Positions 62,843 through 64,000 of a DNA stretch of 64,000 nt are shown here, one piece after another; position 1 is the first letter of the stretch, and each line of letters starts with the position of its first letter. A program made the position numbers and the translations under genes. Source of the DNA: an uncultured Chloroflexia bacterium. Lineage in GTDB: Bacteria > Chloroflexota > Limnocylindria > QHBO01. The DNA is taken from positions 120,142-184,141 of the forward strand of contig CAVPGY010000007.1 in the NCBI GenBank assembly GCA_963704115.1. The letters are read 5' to 3'. The notes beneath the pieces are model-generated. The model saw only the letters and a program-made list of their open reading frames with translations, did no database searches and was not told the origin of the DNA.

Positions 62843-63193
62843 TCAGGCGAGCGCCATGGCGCGCGTGCCGCGCATCGGGAAGCCCTCACGCTCCCACGCG
62901 TCGAGACCGCCCTCGAAGTCGATCACCTCGGTGAACCCGAGATCCACCAGCTTCTGGGCGAGCGTGGGGCTGGCGGTGCAGCTGCGCGAGCTGCAGTAGA
63001 CGACGATCGGCTGATCCTTCGCCAGGAGATCGGGAGCGACGCGCAGCGCATCGCTGGCCGGGATGTTGATCGAGCCGGGAATGCGCGCCTCGTCGAATCC
63101 CTCGCGCGCGAGCGCGTTGACGAGGACGGGGCGGTCATCGGAGCGAAGTCGATCGCGCAGCGTCGGCGCATCGATGGTCTGATACTTCTTCAT
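62843..63193 (-). CDS. Rhodanese-domain sulfurtransferase
   Basis: Active-site loop VVYCSSRSCTAS. 116 aa. Confidence 0.85.
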   Translation of the reverse strand: MKKYQTIDAPTLRDRLRSDDRPVLVNALAREGFDEARIPGSINIPASDALRVAPDLLAKDQPIVVYCSSRSCTASPTLAQKLVDLGFTEVIDFEGGLDAWEREGFPMRGTRAMALA

Positions 63194-64000
63194 GGCGTGT
63201 CACCGGCCGCACGATCGGTGCCAGCGTCGTCCGGAGCCATCGATCCGACCTCGGGATCGGGGCCCGATTCCTCTGCGGTGCGGGGTCGCCCGGAGACCAT
63301 GGCGATGACGGCGCCGATGATGATCACGGTGGCCACGATCGTCCGGAGCGTGATCGGCTCGGCCAGGAAGACCGCCCCGAGGGCGACGGCCACGATCGGA
63401 TTCACGTAGGCGTACGTGCCGACCGTCGAGACCGAGACGTTCGCCAGCAGCCAGGTGTACGCGGTGAACGCCACGATCGAGCCGAAGGTCACGAGGTAGG
63501 CCACCGCCACCAGCGAGCGCAGCGAGAAGTCCGCGATATCGGTGCGCCCGATCTCGCCGAGGAGCGCCCCACCGATCATCAGCGCGGCGCCGCCGGCCAG
63601 CATCTCCATCCCGGTGAGCAGTAACCCGGACCGTGGCACCGGAGCACGCCGGGCATAGAGCGATCCGGCGGCCCACGAGATCGCAGCCGCCACCACCAGA
63701 CCGATCCCGAGCGGGTCGAGGTCCTGGATCCCCTCGACGGGCACGAGCAGCACGACCACCCCGAGGGTGCCGGCCGCCAGTCCGCCGATAACCAGGCCGC
63801 TCGGCCGGCGCCGGGTGAGGATCGCGTCGAAGACCGCCAGCCAGATGGGCACCGTGGCGATGAGGACGGCCGCCACCCCCGACGGAATCCGCAGCTCCGC
63901 CAGCACGACGCCGCCATTGCCACCGAGCAGCAGGAGGGTGCCGATGATCGCCGCCGACCGCCAGTGCTCCGTCGTCGGACGCTCGAGGGGGGAGGCGGCT
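63190..64000 (-). CDS. EamA/DMT-superfamily transporter, N-terminus beyond window end
   Basis: C-terminal EamA repeat (TYAYVNPIVAVALGAVFLAEPITLRTIVATVIIIGAVIAM). The ORF is still open at 64000. Confidence 0.75.
   Translation of the reverse strand, partial: AASPLERPTTEHWRSAAIIGTLLLLGGNGGVVLAELRIPSGVAAVLIATVPIWLAVFDAILTRRRPSGLVIGGLAAGTLGVVVLLVPVEGIQDLDPLGIGLVVAAAISWAAGSLYARRAPVPRSGLLLTGMEMLAGGAALMIGGALLGEIGRTDIADFSLRSLVAVAYLVTFGSIVAFTAYTWLLANVSVSTVGTYAYVNPIVAVALGAVFLAEPITLRTIVATVIIIGAVIAMVSGRPRTAEESGPDPEVGSMAPDDAGTDRAAGDTP

Overview
This is a 64 kb window of very high-GC (about 70% or more) bacterial chromosome. Gene content points to an Actinobacteria-like organism that uses F420 (a deazaflavin-dependent nitroreductase domain, two luciferase-like F420-dependent oxidoreductases) and carries an SLH-domain surface protein. 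No rRNA, tRNA, CRISPR array, IS element or prophage gene was recognised. About 70 protein-coding genes are called. The most unusual locus (12.5-23.6 kb) looks like a purine/pyrimidine-type catabolic island. A xanthine-dehydrogenase-family Mo/Fe-S enzyme, an SsnA-like amidohydrolase and a PreA-like dihydropyrimidine dehydrogenase sit on the minus strand. They diverge from a plus-strand operon encoding a cysteine-synthase-family PLP enzyme, a threonine-synthase-like PLP enzyme, an aspartate-carbamoyltransferase-like protein, a YgeW-like carbamoyltransferase and a carbamate kinase. Other content includes a four-subunit 2-oxoacid:ferredoxin oxidoreductase operon with an atypical beta-subunit extension, and a beta-oxidation-like block (thiolase, 3-hydroxyacyl-CoA dehydrogenase, three crotonases, ferredoxin, EthD, tandem GNAT). 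There are also two OmpR/histidine-kinase pairs, a GGDEF-EAL membrane sensor, three MFS transporters, an Xre-RES toxin-antitoxin pair, an adenosine deaminase and a CapA-family lipoprotein. Two families of intergenic repeats occur twice each. Family A has a palindromic core GCCCGATCTATCGGGC and is amplified as five 51-bp tandem units at 1.3 kb. Family B is a roughly 135-bp MITE-like element with GGGTATCCAACGG terminal inverted repeats and is amplified as four 53-bp tandem units at 3.3 kb. About a dozen genes in the first 35 kb are broken by one to many frameshifts while their neighbours are intact, and nothing is broken in the last 29 kb. This is either real pseudogenisation or localised indel error. 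Coordinates of disrupted genes are approximate.
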